From NCBI GenBank assembly GCA_003525075.1, contig DQFO01000014.1, positions 64,032 to 128,031 of the forward strand: DNA of 64,000 nt, written 5' to 3'. Positions within the stretch are counted from its first letter, which is position 1; each line of letters opens with the position of its first letter. This DNA is from Clostridiales bacterium (lineage in GTDB: Bacteria; Bacillota; Clostridia; TANB77; CAG-508). The notes below the pieces were generated by a model. That model saw only the letters and a program-made list of their open reading frames with translations. It had not been told where the DNA came from and did no database searches. The position numbers and the translations under genes are program-made. Below, piece by piece: positions 18,521 to 27,783 of the stretch.

Positions 18521-19312
18521 TTATTTTTTAAATATGCTTTTTATTCTTGAAAAGAAACCTTTTTCTCTTCCAGGTATTGTTACTTCTATGTTTTCCCCAA
18601 GAACTCTTTTTGCAATTTCTAAATATGCTTTTCCTGATGGTGCTTTTCTGTTCTGAATTACTGGCTCACCTTTATTTGTTTGTGTTATTATATATTCATC
18701 ATCTGGAACTACACCTATTAAATCAATAGACAATAAATCAACAATATCATCGACATCCATCATTTCACCTTTTCTTACCATATTAGGTCTAATTCTATTT
18801 ATTACTAGTTCTGGATTTTTTATTTCTGCTGATTCTAATAATCCTATGATTCTATCAGCATCTCTTATTGATGATATTTCTGCCGTTGTTACTACTATTG
18901 CTCTATTTGCTCCTGCAATTGCATTTTTAAAACCTTGTTCAATTCCTGCAGGACAATCTACAAGTATATAATCAAATTCTTCTTTTAATTTATTTGTTAA
19001 TTCTATCATTTGTTCTTCATTTACTGCACTTTTATCTCTTGTTTGTGCTGCAGGCAATAAATATAATTCTTTAAATCTTTTATCTTTTATTAATGCTTGT
19101 CTTAGTTTACATTTTCCTTCAACAACATCTACTATATCATATACTATTCTATTTTCTAGCCCCATTACAACATCTAAGTTTCTTAAACCAATATCTGTAT
19201 CTATTAATGCTACTTTTTTTCCTTCTAATGCTAAACTTGATCCTAGATTTGCTGTTGTTGTTGTTTTACCTACTCCACCTTTTCCTGATGTTATTACTAT
19301 AACTTCTCCCAT
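18521..19312 (-). CDS. minD: septum site-determining ATPase MinD
   Basis: 263 aa with the deviant Walker A SGKGGVGKTTTTANLG and the ParA/MinD fold. Confidence 0.95.
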   Translation of the reverse strand: MGEVIVITSGKGGVGKTTTTANLGSSLALEGKKVALIDTDIGLRNLDVVMGLENRIVYDIVDVVEGKCKLRQALIKDKRFKELYLLPAAQTRDKSAVNEEQMIELTNKLKEEFDYILVDCPAGIEQGFKNAIAGANRAIVVTTAEISSIRDADRIIGLLESAEIKNPELVINRIRPNMVRKGEMMDVDDIVDLLSIDLIGVVPDDEYIITQTNKGEPVIQNRKAPSGKAYLEIAKRVLGENIEVTIPGREKGFFSRIKSIFKK

Positions 19313-19423
19313 ATTTTTCCTCCTTAGGATTTTTGTTTATAGGTTTTCTTCTTTTTTACTTGTCCTAAATTTATGCTTATATCATACACTCAAATCGTAA
19401 AAAAGTCAATAATAATATTGACT

Positions 19424-20132
19424 TTAATCGTAAAAATAATCAATTATTCCATTATACATTCCCCATGCTAATCTGTTTTGATAATCATCTTCTAAAAGCT
19501 TTTTTTCTTCAGTTGGATTTGATAAAAATCCACATTCTACAATTGTAATTGGAATCTCTACATGTTTTATTATATATATGTTCTCTATTGTTTTCGCCAC
19601 TCTATTATTTTCTTTTTGAATCGCTTCATTTAAATTATTTTGTATTGATATTGCAAGTTTTTTTCCTTCTTCACTCCCTTGCTTATAAAATGTTTGCCAA
19701 CCGTCATATTGTTGTTGTGGGATTTTGTTCAAATGTATTGATACAAACAAATCAGCAGAACTTTCATTTCCAATTTTTACTCTATTATGTATGTCTGATA
19801 TTTTTTTCTGTTTTAATGTTTTGGCCTCTATATCATATATAGCATTTTCATCTGAGCGTGTTAATATTACTATTGTTCCACTTTGTTCTAATAAATTTTG
19901 TAATTTTAATGCAATTTTCAAATTTGTTGCAGCTTCTGTTGTTCCTGTACTACTTTGTGCCCCTTCATCTGGTTTTCCATGTCCGTGCATCTATTACTAT
20001 AGTTTTTCCAGAGACTGGTAATGATACTGTTGGTACTATTTCTTTCTTATCTTTTATAAGTGTAAATACTAATATTGACAAAAATACACTGAATACAATA
20101 AATGTTATTCTTTTTTTTCTTAATAAAATCAT
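19424..20132 (-). pseudogene. cwlD: CwlD-type N-acetylmuramoyl-L-alanine amidase gene (spore cortex maturation) interrupted by a +1 frameshift
   Basis: The ORF 19424-19990 starts MHGHGKPDEGAQ, mid-way through the amidase_3 motif. The signal-anchor and start of the catalytic domain (MILLRKKRITFIVFSVFLSILVFTL...SGKTIVIDA) are in another frame from 20132 with SD gggag. One extra C near 19985 (gatgcaCggacatgg) separates them. Removing it gives VIDAGHGKPDEGA. Confidence 0.7.
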
Positions 20133-20181
20133 AATAAAACTCCCATACTTTTTTTATAATTGTATGCAATTTTTTTATTAT

Positions 20182-20778
20182 TTATGTTTTAGATATTTCT
20201 TTTCTAATCTGTTTTAGTTTTTTTATTTCATTATCAAAGTCTTCTTTATCCCAAAAACAAAATGTATACATTGAATCATTTTTTTCTCTTGCTAATTCCA
20301 TTTCTTCTATTGTTACATATTTTACATCTGAAACTTCCTCTTTTTGTAATGTATACTCATTTATTTTATAATTAACTTTAAAAATAAAATTATATGAAAA
20401 TCTTTTGGTTTTATCATTACTTTTATGAATATCATATATTTTTATTTGATTTTTTGGAATCTCTATACCTAGTTCTTCTTTTACTTCTCTGAATATAGCA
20501 TTTTCAACACTTTCGCCACTATCTACTTGTCCACCAGTTTTGGCCCATTTGTTAGGATTCTTCTTTTTATTACTAGATCTTTTTTGAAGTAGAATCTCAC
20601 CTTTTTCATTCATTATCCAACATGATACAGTTCTTCTCCAAAGTCCTTTTTCATAAGCTATTTCTCTTTCTTCAATTTGACCAGTAAATTCATTATTCTC
20701 ATTTACAATATCAATTAATTCCATCTTCTCTCCTCTCTCATAATTAATTTTATCATTTATATATTTTTTATGCAACAA
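20182..20778 (-). CDS. NUDIX hydrolase
   Basis: 198 aa. Nudix box GGQVDSGESVENAIFREVKEELGIE (Gx5Ex7REUxEExGU). Confidence 0.85.
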   Translation of the reverse strand: MLHKKYINDKINYERGEKMELIDIVNENNEFTGQIEEREIAYEKGLWRRTVSCWIMNEKGEILLQKRSSNKKKNPNKWAKTGGQVDSGESVENAIFREVKEELGIEIPKNQIKIYDIHKSNDKTKRFSYNFIFKVNYKINEYTLQKEEVSDVKYVTIEEMELAREKNDSMYTFCFWDKEDFDNEIKKLKQIRKEISKT

Positions 20779-20809
20779 GAAAAAATTGCAAATTTCTCAA
20801 TCTGCAATT

Positions 20810-21151
20810 TTATATATAATAAATAATTATTCCTATCAAAATTAATAGATTTCCTATTAATTTCTTTTTAGTTATTTTTTCTTTTAAAATTCTATTACTT
20901 AAAATCATTACGAAAATATATCCTAATGATTCTATAATTGGCTCATTTTTATATGGAACTCCTTTTAATCCTAAAACTACTAAAACTGTTGATAATACCA
21001 TTAATCCATATCCTATTATTACATATGGATTTAAATATTCTTTTATTATTGAATTGTAAGTTTTAGAAGCACTTTTTTTCAAAATTATTTGTGATACAGA
21101 ACTTACTACAACTGCTAATACTAATAAAATTATATATTTACTCATCTTCAC
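20810..21151 (-). CDS. small 4-TM membrane protein (SMR/ArnF-like flippase subunit)
   Basis: 113 aa with 4 predicted TM helices. It is paired with the adjacent 122-aa 4-TM ORF, as in ArnE/ArnF-type heterodimeric undecaprenyl-phosphate-aminosugar flippases. The gene ends overlap. Confidence 0.55.
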   Translation of the reverse strand: MKMSKYIILLVLAVVVSSVSQIILKKSASKTYNSIIKEYLNPYVIIGYGLMVLSTVLVVLGLKGVPYKNEPIIESLGYIFVMILSNRILKEKITKKKLIGNLLILIGIIIYYI

Positions 21152-21506
21152 TATTTACTATAATTGTACCTGCTATTACAATTATTACTCCTATTACATT
21201 TTTTATTGTTATTGTTTCATTAAATATTAAGATTGCCCATACAATTGACCATAGCAATCCCATTGCTTTATTTGCATATGCAACTGATATATCAAACTTT
21301 TTTATTAATTGTTGCCAAATTATTGCATATACACCTAATATAAGGATTTCTATTCCATAAAATAATATGAACTTAAATGATAAAAATTCTTGTCCTGATG
21401 CAAATTTTGCAAACACTGTTGATAATGTATAAACTGCTATTACTGCTTGTAATATACATATATCTCTAATTTTCGTTTTTTTCTTTACTTCTTTTTCTTT
21501 ATCCAT
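21138..21506 (-). CDS. small 4-TM membrane protein (SMR/ArnE-like flippase subunit)
   Basis: 122 aa, 4 TM helices, overlaps its partner gene by 14 nt. Confidence 0.55.
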   Translation of the reverse strand: MDKEKEVKKKTKIRDICILQAVIAVYTLSTVFAKFASGQEFLSFKFILFYGIEILILGVYAIIWQQLIKKFDISVAYANKAMGLLWSIVWAILIFNETITIKNVIGVIIVIAGTIIVNSEDE

Positions 21507-21530
21507 TTTTATTTCCTTTTAAATAATATT

Positions 21531-22646
21531 TTATATTGCTAAAATATAATATCCATATCTTGTTGAACTATCTATAATTTTATGAGAATTTATTTCATCA
21601 ATTGGACTAATATAATAAATATATTCTGGATGTTCTTTCTTTATCTTCTCTAATTCATCTACATCACTTTTGGTGAAAATAAATTTTATTACTGCTTGTT
21701 TTGGATTTGTAACTTTAGTAAAATCTGGTTTATTACCTAATGCTACATCTATTACCATTTTTAAAAAGTCATATCCTGTAGAAATTTGAACTAAGTCTGA
21801 ACCTATACAATCTCCACCCATTCTGGCACCAATTTCTATTATCTTCACTTCTCCTTCAGGTGTAATTTTAAATTCTGCATGTGATGCACTATTTTTTATT
21901 TTTAAACTATTTAATCCTGCAATCACTTCTTTTTTTACCTTTTCTTGCATTTCATTACTTAATCCTGCAGGCTCTGTATGTCCTGTTTCTATAAAATGTG
22001 GTGCACCAGTTGTCTGCTTTCTAGTTATTGTTAATATTGTATGTTCTCCATTATATGTAATACCTTCTGCACTGAATTCATCACCATCAATATATTCTTC
22101 TACAATAGCTTTTTTTTCAAATGATACTTCTATTGCATCTCTAATTGCTGTTTTTAACTTTTCTTCATCATTCAAATCTTCTATTTTAGTAATTGATCTA
22201 CTTCCAGATCTATCTGTCGGTTTTACAATTATTGGGGTCTTCATTTCCTTTATTTTAGATAAATCATTAACATCTGATATTTCAAAAAATTTAGGTACTG
22301 ATACACCATATTTTTGAAATGCCTTTCTCATTTCATATTTATTCGTTGAAATTTTAGTACATTCTAAACTATTTCCAGCAAGTCCTAATTTTTCAGCTAA
22401 ATAATTTACTGTTAATGTTGCCAAATCTGATGCAACAGATGTAATTGCATCAGGCTTAATTTCTTTGCATTTTTCTAATATCTTTTCTTTTTCTATTATA
22501 CTAATTGGATAAAAATAATCTGCAAATTCTGCCCCAACAGCTCCATCTGCCCAAGCGAAAACATGTGTCTCATATCCTAATTGTTTCGCTTTTTTTATTA
22601 ATGGCATTTGAAAATTATTTGCCCCTATTATAACAATTTTTTTCAT
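21531..22646 (-). CDS. ATP-grasp domain ligase
   Basis: 371 aa. The N-terminus MKKIVIIGANNFQ is a pre-ATP-grasp Rossmann motif. A central ATP-grasp fold is present, with the C-terminal EINARMGG-like loop as IEIGARMGGD. Confidence 0.7.
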   Translation of the reverse strand: MKKIVIIGANNFQMPLIKKAKQLGYETHVFAWADGAVGAEFADYFYPISIIEKEKILEKCKEIKPDAITSVASDLATLTVNYLAEKLGLAGNSLECTKISTNKYEMRKAFQKYGVSVPKFFEISDVNDLSKIKEMKTPIIVKPTDRSGSRSITKIEDLNDEEKLKTAIRDAIEVSFEKKAIVEEYIDGDEFSAEGITYNGEHTILTITRKQTTGAPHFIETGHTEPAGLSNEMQEKVKKEVIAGLNSLKIKNSASHAEFKITPEGEVKIIEIGARMGGDCIGSDLVQISTGYDFLKMVIDVALGNKPDFTKVTNPKQAVIKFIFTKSDVDELEKIKKEHPEYIYYISPIDEINSHKIIDSSTRYGYYILAI

Positions 22647-22668
22647 TAAAAAATCTCACCTTCTGTAA

Positions 22669-23799
22669 TTATTTTTGATAAAATTCTTTTATTCTTTTTA
22701 TTACTTCATCTTGATCTTGCTTTGTTAGTCCATAATACATTGGAAGTCTAATTAATTTTTCGCTTTCTATTGTAGTAAATTCATCTTTTCCATTAAATCT
22801 TCCAAATCTCTTTCCTGCTGGAGAATCATGTAATGGTATATAATGGAATACTGCTTGTATACCATTGTCTTTTAAATATTTTATTAAGCTTGTTCTTTCA
22901 TCTAAACTTCTTGCTTTTATATAAAACATATGTGCATTATGTGTACTATATTCTGGAACTGTTTGTATTTTTATTAATCCTTTTTTTTCTAATTCTTCTA
23001 AATTCTTTTTATAATAATTCCATGAACTTAATCTTGCATTATTAATTTCTTCTGCTTTATCTAATTGTGGATATAAATAAGCACAATTTAGCTCACTTGG
23101 TAAATATGATGAACCATAATCTACCCATGTATATTTGTCAATTTCACCTCTAAAGAATTTATTTCTGTTTGTTCCTTTTTCTCTTATTATTTCTGCTCTT
23201 TCAATTAAATCAGGATCATTTATTACTACTGCTCCACCTTCGCCCATACTATAATTTTTTGTTTCATGGAAACTATAACAACCAATGTCTCCAATTGTTC
23301 CAAGATATTTGTCTTTATATTTAGCCATAAATCCTTGTGCTGCATCTTCTACAACTTTTAAATTATGTTCTTTAGCAATTTTCATTACTTTATCCATATC
23401 TGGTGAAATTCCTGCATAATGAACAACAGCAATTGCTTTTGTTTTATCTGTTATTGCTTCTTTTATTTTTTCTTCATCTATATTCATTGTATCAGGATTT
23501 ACATCTACAAAAACAACCTTTGCCCCTACCATTACAAATGCATCAGCAGTTGATACAAATGTATATGATGGCATTATTACTTCATCACCTGGTTTTAAAT
23601 CTAATAATATTGCTGCCATCTCTAATGCTGATGTACAAGATGTTGTCATTAATACTTTATGAGCATTAAATTTATTTTCCATCCATTCACTACATTTTTT
23701 AGTAAATGCTCCATCACCACAAATTTTTCTACTTTCTGCAGCTTCTTTTATACAATCTATTGATTCTTTTATATAAATTGGTACATTAAACCCTATCAT
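22669..23799 (-). CDS. DegT/DnrJ/EryC1/StrS-family sugar aminotransferase (ArnB-like, PLP-dependent)
   Basis: 376 aa. The N-terminal motif ...CTSALEMA and a putative PLP lysine in SFHETKN are typical of NDP-4-keto-sugar aminotransferases. Confidence 0.85.
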   Translation of the reverse strand: MIGFNVPIYIKESIDCIKEAAESRKICGDGAFTKKCSEWMENKFNAHKVLMTTSCTSALEMAAILLDLKPGDEVIMPSYTFVSTADAFVMVGAKVVFVDVNPDTMNIDEEKIKEAITDKTKAIAVVHYAGISPDMDKVMKIAKEHNLKVVEDAAQGFMAKYKDKYLGTIGDIGCYSFHETKNYSMGEGGAVVINDPDLIERAEIIREKGTNRNKFFRGEIDKYTWVDYGSSYLPSELNCAYLYPQLDKAEEINNARLSSWNYYKKNLEELEKKGLIKIQTVPEYSTHNAHMFYIKARSLDERTSLIKYLKDNGIQAVFHYIPLHDSPAGKRFGRFNGKDEFTTIESEKLIRLPMYYGLTKQDQDEVIKRIKEFYQK

Positions 23800-23815
23800 T
23801 TTTACCCTCTTCTTT

Positions 23816-25201
23816 CTATTTATATGTTGGTATTATATATCCAAATAATGCTCTTTGTGCTATTAAGATTATAATTACCATTATTACTATAATTATTATA
23901 TTTCTAATTTTTTCTGACTTTATAAATTTTTCTAAAATAGTTTTTATTCCACTAACTATAAAATATGTAAATGGTATTATTATCCCCATTATATATCTTC
24001 CTTGTGCTTGATAATCACTTGTATATGAATAATATATGCTTAAAATAATAGGAATTATAATTGATGGAATAAATATATAATTTAATAAATATCTATTTTT
24101 TTCTTTTTTATTATAAATAAATAATTCTTTAAAATTGATTAGACATCCTATAATTCCAAGTCCCCATAATATTAAGTAAAATTGATAAATTCTACTAGAC
24201 ATTATTATATTTTGATACCCAAAAATTCCAACAAAGCTTTTTAATGTTGTCTTTATCCAATCATCCTTTATCAACATATCCATTACTGATTCATTATTTT
24301 TTTGTGGTGTTTCTCTTTTTGATGGTTTATATTTATCAATTGCATATTTGTCTCCACATTCCACCTGTGTTTTCATTCCTAATATATCACCATCATAAAT
24401 AATTGCATTTCTTATAAACCACCACCCAGCAACTGCAAATGCCATTAATGCTACTATTAATACTTTTTGAAGTATTTCTTTAATTTTCATCTTATTAGAA
24501 ATTACTGATACTAAACAAAGTATAACACTACATAAGATATATCCATAAGCATTATAATATGTAAGAGAACAAAATCCTATTGAAAGTCCTAATAATATAC
24601 AATGTTTTGTCTTCCAATTACTTTCTAATCCTAAAATCCATAAATATATTATCATTGTTGTTGCCAATACTGCTGTAGAATCATTATTTATATATGATGC
24701 TAAAAATGCCGTTATTGGTTGAAATACTATAATTACTATAAATAAATATTTATATATTCCTTTCAATAATTTTTGAGCTATTTTAACTACAAAATATACA
24801 GATACTGTCATACTTATTGTACTTACAAGTCTTGCAGCAACAACTAATGCAAATTTATCATTTGTGAAAAATGATGCTATTTTAACAAAAACACCACCTA
24901 TCATATATGTAAGAATTGGTTGAAATGCATATGATATTCCCCAATCAGGTTCTCTTATTTCTTCATTACCTCCTTGTGGAATACTGCCATGTTTAGCTAT
25001 ATATTTACATATCTTCCACTTCATTCCTTCATCAGGACACTTATTAAATGGTTGAGAAACTGTCCATATAAGAAAATATGAAAATACAAAAATTAAAAAA
25101 ATTCCTAATATTAATTTTTTATGTTTTTTACATTTTTCGACAAAATTTGTAATATTTATTTTTTTATATTTTTTTATTTCATTTGTCATCTTTTTTCTCA
25201 T
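23816..25201 (-). CDS. GT-C fold integral membrane glycosyltransferase (ArnT/PMT-like, GT39/GT83)
   Basis: 461 aa with about 11-13 TM helices. An early extracytoplasmic loop carries acidic residues (DEGMKWKICKY). It is next to and overlaps the GtrB/ArnC-like GT2 gene. Confidence 0.7.
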   Translation of the reverse strand: MRKKMTNEIKKYKKINITNFVEKCKKHKKLILGIFLIFVFSYFLIWTVSQPFNKCPDEGMKWKICKYIAKHGSIPQGGNEEIREPDWGISYAFQPILTYMIGGVFVKIASFFTNDKFALVVAARLVSTISMTVSVYFVVKIAQKLLKGIYKYLFIVIIVFQPITAFLASYINNDSTAVLATTMIIYLWILGLESNWKTKHCILLGLSIGFCSLTYYNAYGYILCSVILCLVSVISNKMKIKEILQKVLIVALMAFAVAGWWFIRNAIIYDGDILGMKTQVECGDKYAIDKYKPSKRETPQKNNESVMDMLIKDDWIKTTLKSFVGIFGYQNIIMSSRIYQFYLILWGLGIIGCLINFKELFIYNKKEKNRYLLNYIFIPSIIIPIILSIYYSYTSDYQAQGRYIMGIIIPFTYFIVSGIKTILEKFIKSEKIRNIIIIVIMVIIILIAQRALFGYIIPTYK

Positions 25202-26126
25202 CCCCTTTTTCCACTTTTTCTATGATATATGGTGGTCTTTTTCTTGCAGCATCATATGTTCTCCATAAGTATTCTCCTATAATTCCTATTGATAACATAA
25301 TTACTCCAAATCCCATAAGCATAATCATTACAAGCGAAGTATAACCTTCAACATCTATTTTACCAGTTATCTTTTTATATACTATTGCAATTAATAAAAC
25401 TAAAGATAATAATGATGTTAAAAATCCAGTTGTTGTTATTAATTTTACTGGGAAATATGAAAAACTTAGTAATGAATCATATACTAGTTTTATTTTTTTA
25501 GATAATGTCCATCTTGACTTTCCTATTTCTCTTTTCTTTCTTATATATGGAACTGTTGTTGTTTCAAAACCAGCCCATAAAATTTGACTCATTAATGATG
25601 TATTTTTTTCTTGCATATTAACTAATAAATTTATAACTTGTCTATCTATTAAAAATGAATCAAATCCTCCCTTAGGCATATTATGAAGTGCTAATTTTCT
25701 CATTAAAAATGCATATAAATTTGAAAACATTTTTTGAGTTAATGGTTCTTCCCTATCAGCCCTTGTTGCTAATACCACTTTATAACCTTCATCATATTTT
25801 TGTATCATATCTAATATCATTTCAGATGGTTCTTGTAAATCAGCAGCTTTTCTTACTGCACAATCCCCCGTACATTGTGATAGACCTGCTAATATTGCCG
25901 AATGTTCTCCAAAATTTCTTGATAGTCTTATTGTCTTTATATTAGAATCTATTTTTGCTAATTCTTTCATTACACTATATGAATCATCTTTTGACCCATC
26001 ATCTACAAATATTAGCTCATATCCTATATCAAGTTTTGATAATACCTTTTCTTTTAAATCAGCATATAATGGTAGTAAATTATCATGATTATAATATACT
26101 GGTACTACTATTGATATTTTCTTCAT
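25179..26126 (-). CDS. polyprenyl-phosphate sugar synthase, GT2 (ArnC/GtrB/CsbB-like)
   Basis: 315 aa. ISIVVPVYYNHDNL...ELIFVDDGSKDDS is present, with two C-terminal TM helices characteristic of GtrB/ArnC. Confidence 0.8.
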   Translation of the reverse strand: MKKISIVVPVYYNHDNLLPLYADLKEKVLSKLDIGYELIFVDDGSKDDSYSVMKELAKIDSNIKTIRLSRNFGEHSAILAGLSQCTGDCAVRKAADLQEPSEMILDMIQKYDEGYKVVLATRADREEPLTQKMFSNLYAFLMRKLALHNMPKGGFDSFLIDRQVINLLVNMQEKNTSLMSQILWAGFETTTVPYIRKKREIGKSRWTLSKKIKLVYDSLLSFSYFPVKLITTTGFLTSLLSLVLLIAIVYKKITGKIDVEGYTSLVMIMLMGFGVIMLSIGIIGEYLWRTYDAARKRPPYIIEKVEKGDEKKDDK

Positions 26127-26189
26127 CTAAATTTTCCCTCCAATTATTTCGTTGCTATTTTACCATATAATTATCCTGAAATCAATCTT

Positions 26190-26699
26190 TTATTTATTAA
26201 GATTATTCTTAATATTTTCAATGCTTTCATTTAATTTGGATGTACAATATGGACACCTATCTGCTTTTATATTAATTTTATTATAACAATGTGGACAAAT
26301 CTTTGTATCTTCTGCTTTTTTCTCTTCTTGTTTTTCTCCTATTTTTGCAATTTTATTCATAACTTTTACAAGTATAAATATTACAAATGCCATTATCAAA
26401 AAGTTTATTATATCTGTTAAAAATGCTCCATATGTTAGTTTTAATTTTCCAATTTCTAATACCCATTCTGAAAAATTTACTCCTCCAAAACATCCTAAAA
26501 TTGGAGAAATAATATTATTTGTAAATGATGTTACAACACTTTGAAATGCACTTCCTATCAATACACCTACTGCTAAGTCTAAAACATTTCCTCTAAGTGC
26601 GAATTCTTTAAATTCCTTAAAAAACTTTCCTTGTTTTTTCTTTGCTTTTTCTATCGCATCTTTTGCTTCTTTTATTTTTTCTTCATTTTCTTTTTTCAT
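26190..26699 (-). CDS. mscL: large-conductance mechanosensitive channel MscL with C-terminal zinc-ribbon extension
   Basis: 169 aa. ALRGNVLDLAVGVLIGSAFQSVV is the MscL TM1 signature. The C-terminus has CPHCYNKINIKADRCPYC (CxxC-N10-CxxC). Confidence 0.85.
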   Translation of the reverse strand: MKKENEEKIKEAKDAIEKAKKKQGKFFKEFKEFALRGNVLDLAVGVLIGSAFQSVVTSFTNNIISPILGCFGGVNFSEWVLEIGKLKLTYGAFLTDIINFLIMAFVIFILVKVMNKIAKIGEKQEEKKAEDTKICPHCYNKINIKADRCPYCTSKLNESIENIKNNLNK

Positions 26700-26790
26700 T
26701 ATAATATACCTTCTTCCGCTGTTATTATATTACATTTTTATTTACATATCAATATAAAAGTGATATTATATTTTTGAAGGAGATTTTTAT

Positions 26791-27675
26791 ATGATAGATT
26801 TACATATGCATACAACTTATTCAGATGGCACTGAAAGTTGTAGTACAGTTTTAAAAAAATGCCAAGAAAAAAACTTAAATTTTATTTCAATAACAGATCA
26901 TAATACTGCTTTAGTATATGAAGAGTTAGAAGATCAAAGTATTTCTTCACTTTTTAATGGTCATATTATTTCAGGAATAGAGCTTAATACAAAAGCTTTA
27001 AATATTCCTATAGAAATTCTTGGATATGGTATTGATTACAAAAAAATGAATGAACTTGTAAAAAATGTGTATATTCCCGCTGAAGAAAGAAATAAAATCG
27101 AAGTAAAAAGATTATATGATAAATGTATTAATGCTGGAATTGTCCTAGATAAGAACTGTCTGGAAAACTACTCACCAGATATGTTTGCCTCAACATTTTT
27201 CCATAAAGAAATAACAAAACATGCGGAAAATAAAAAAATATTATCTGAAGAAGCTTGGAATTCTAGTAAAATCTTTTATAGACAATATATGTCTGATCCA
27301 AAAACAAAATTATATGTTGAAATGGATGATTTTGTACCAGACTTTGAAACTGCTAGTAATTTAGTTAGAGAAGCTGGTGGTTTAGTATTTATTCCTCATA
27401 TTTATGAATACAAGAAAAATTCAGAACCTATACTAGAACATATTCTTAAAAATTATAAAATTGATGGTATTGAATGTTATTATACAACATTTACTGAAGA
27501 ACAACATAAAAGATTATTAAATCTTTGTAAAGAACGTAATTTATTTGTTTCAGGTGGTAGTGACTTCCATGGTACTATAAAACCAGATGTAGATATTGGT
27601 GTTGGATATGGAAATATGCAAATTCCTGATGAAATTTTAAATTCTTGGAAAAATAAAATTAAATTTTTCAAATAA
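26791..27675 (+). CDS. PHP-domain metal-dependent phosphoesterase
   Basis: 294 aa. MIDLHMHTTYSDGT is the PHP motif I, and there are further His/Asp motifs (ITDHNT, FIPH, GGSDFHG). A host-like promoter TTTACA-17-TATTAT lies at 26746-26774. Confidence 0.8.
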   Translation: MIDLHMHTTYSDGTESCSTVLKKCQEKNLNFISITDHNTALVYEELEDQSISSLFNGHIISGIELNTKALNIPIEILGYGIDYKKMNELVKNVYIPAEERNKIEVKRLYDKCINAGIVLDKNCLENYSPDMFASTFFHKEITKHAENKKILSEEAWNSSKIFYRQYMSDPKTKLYVEMDDFVPDFETASNLVREAGGLVFIPHIYEYKKNSEPILEHILKNYKIDGIECYYTTFTEEQHKRLLNLCKERNLFVSGGSDFHGTIKPDVDIGVGYGNMQIPDEILNSWKNKIKFFK

Positions 27676-27678
27676 AAT

Positions 27679-27707
27679 TTGACACATTTCGATTTTTGGT
27701 ATATAAT
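27679..27707 (+). promoter_or_regulatory. perfect sigma70/sigmaA consensus promoter: TTGACA, 17-nt spacer, TATAAT
   Basis: ttgaca at 27679-27684, a 17-nt spacer, tataat at 27702-27707. It begins 3 nt after the PHP gene stop. A roughly 75-nt leader follows, then SD ggagg at 27768-27772 and the ATG at 27784. Confidence 0.6.
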
Positions 27708-27783
27708 TAATATATTAACCCATTGTATGGATTTGCTATTCAAAAATCGGATAGTAAAAAACAATTTATGGAGGTATGGCACT

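Noticed and set aside
27679-27783. ORF-track start at TTG 27679 giving a 245-aa product for the kinase-like ORF
   Set aside because: The first 35 codons run through the -35/-10 promoter elements and the AT-rich leader. The genuine start is the ATG at 27784, preceded by ggagg.
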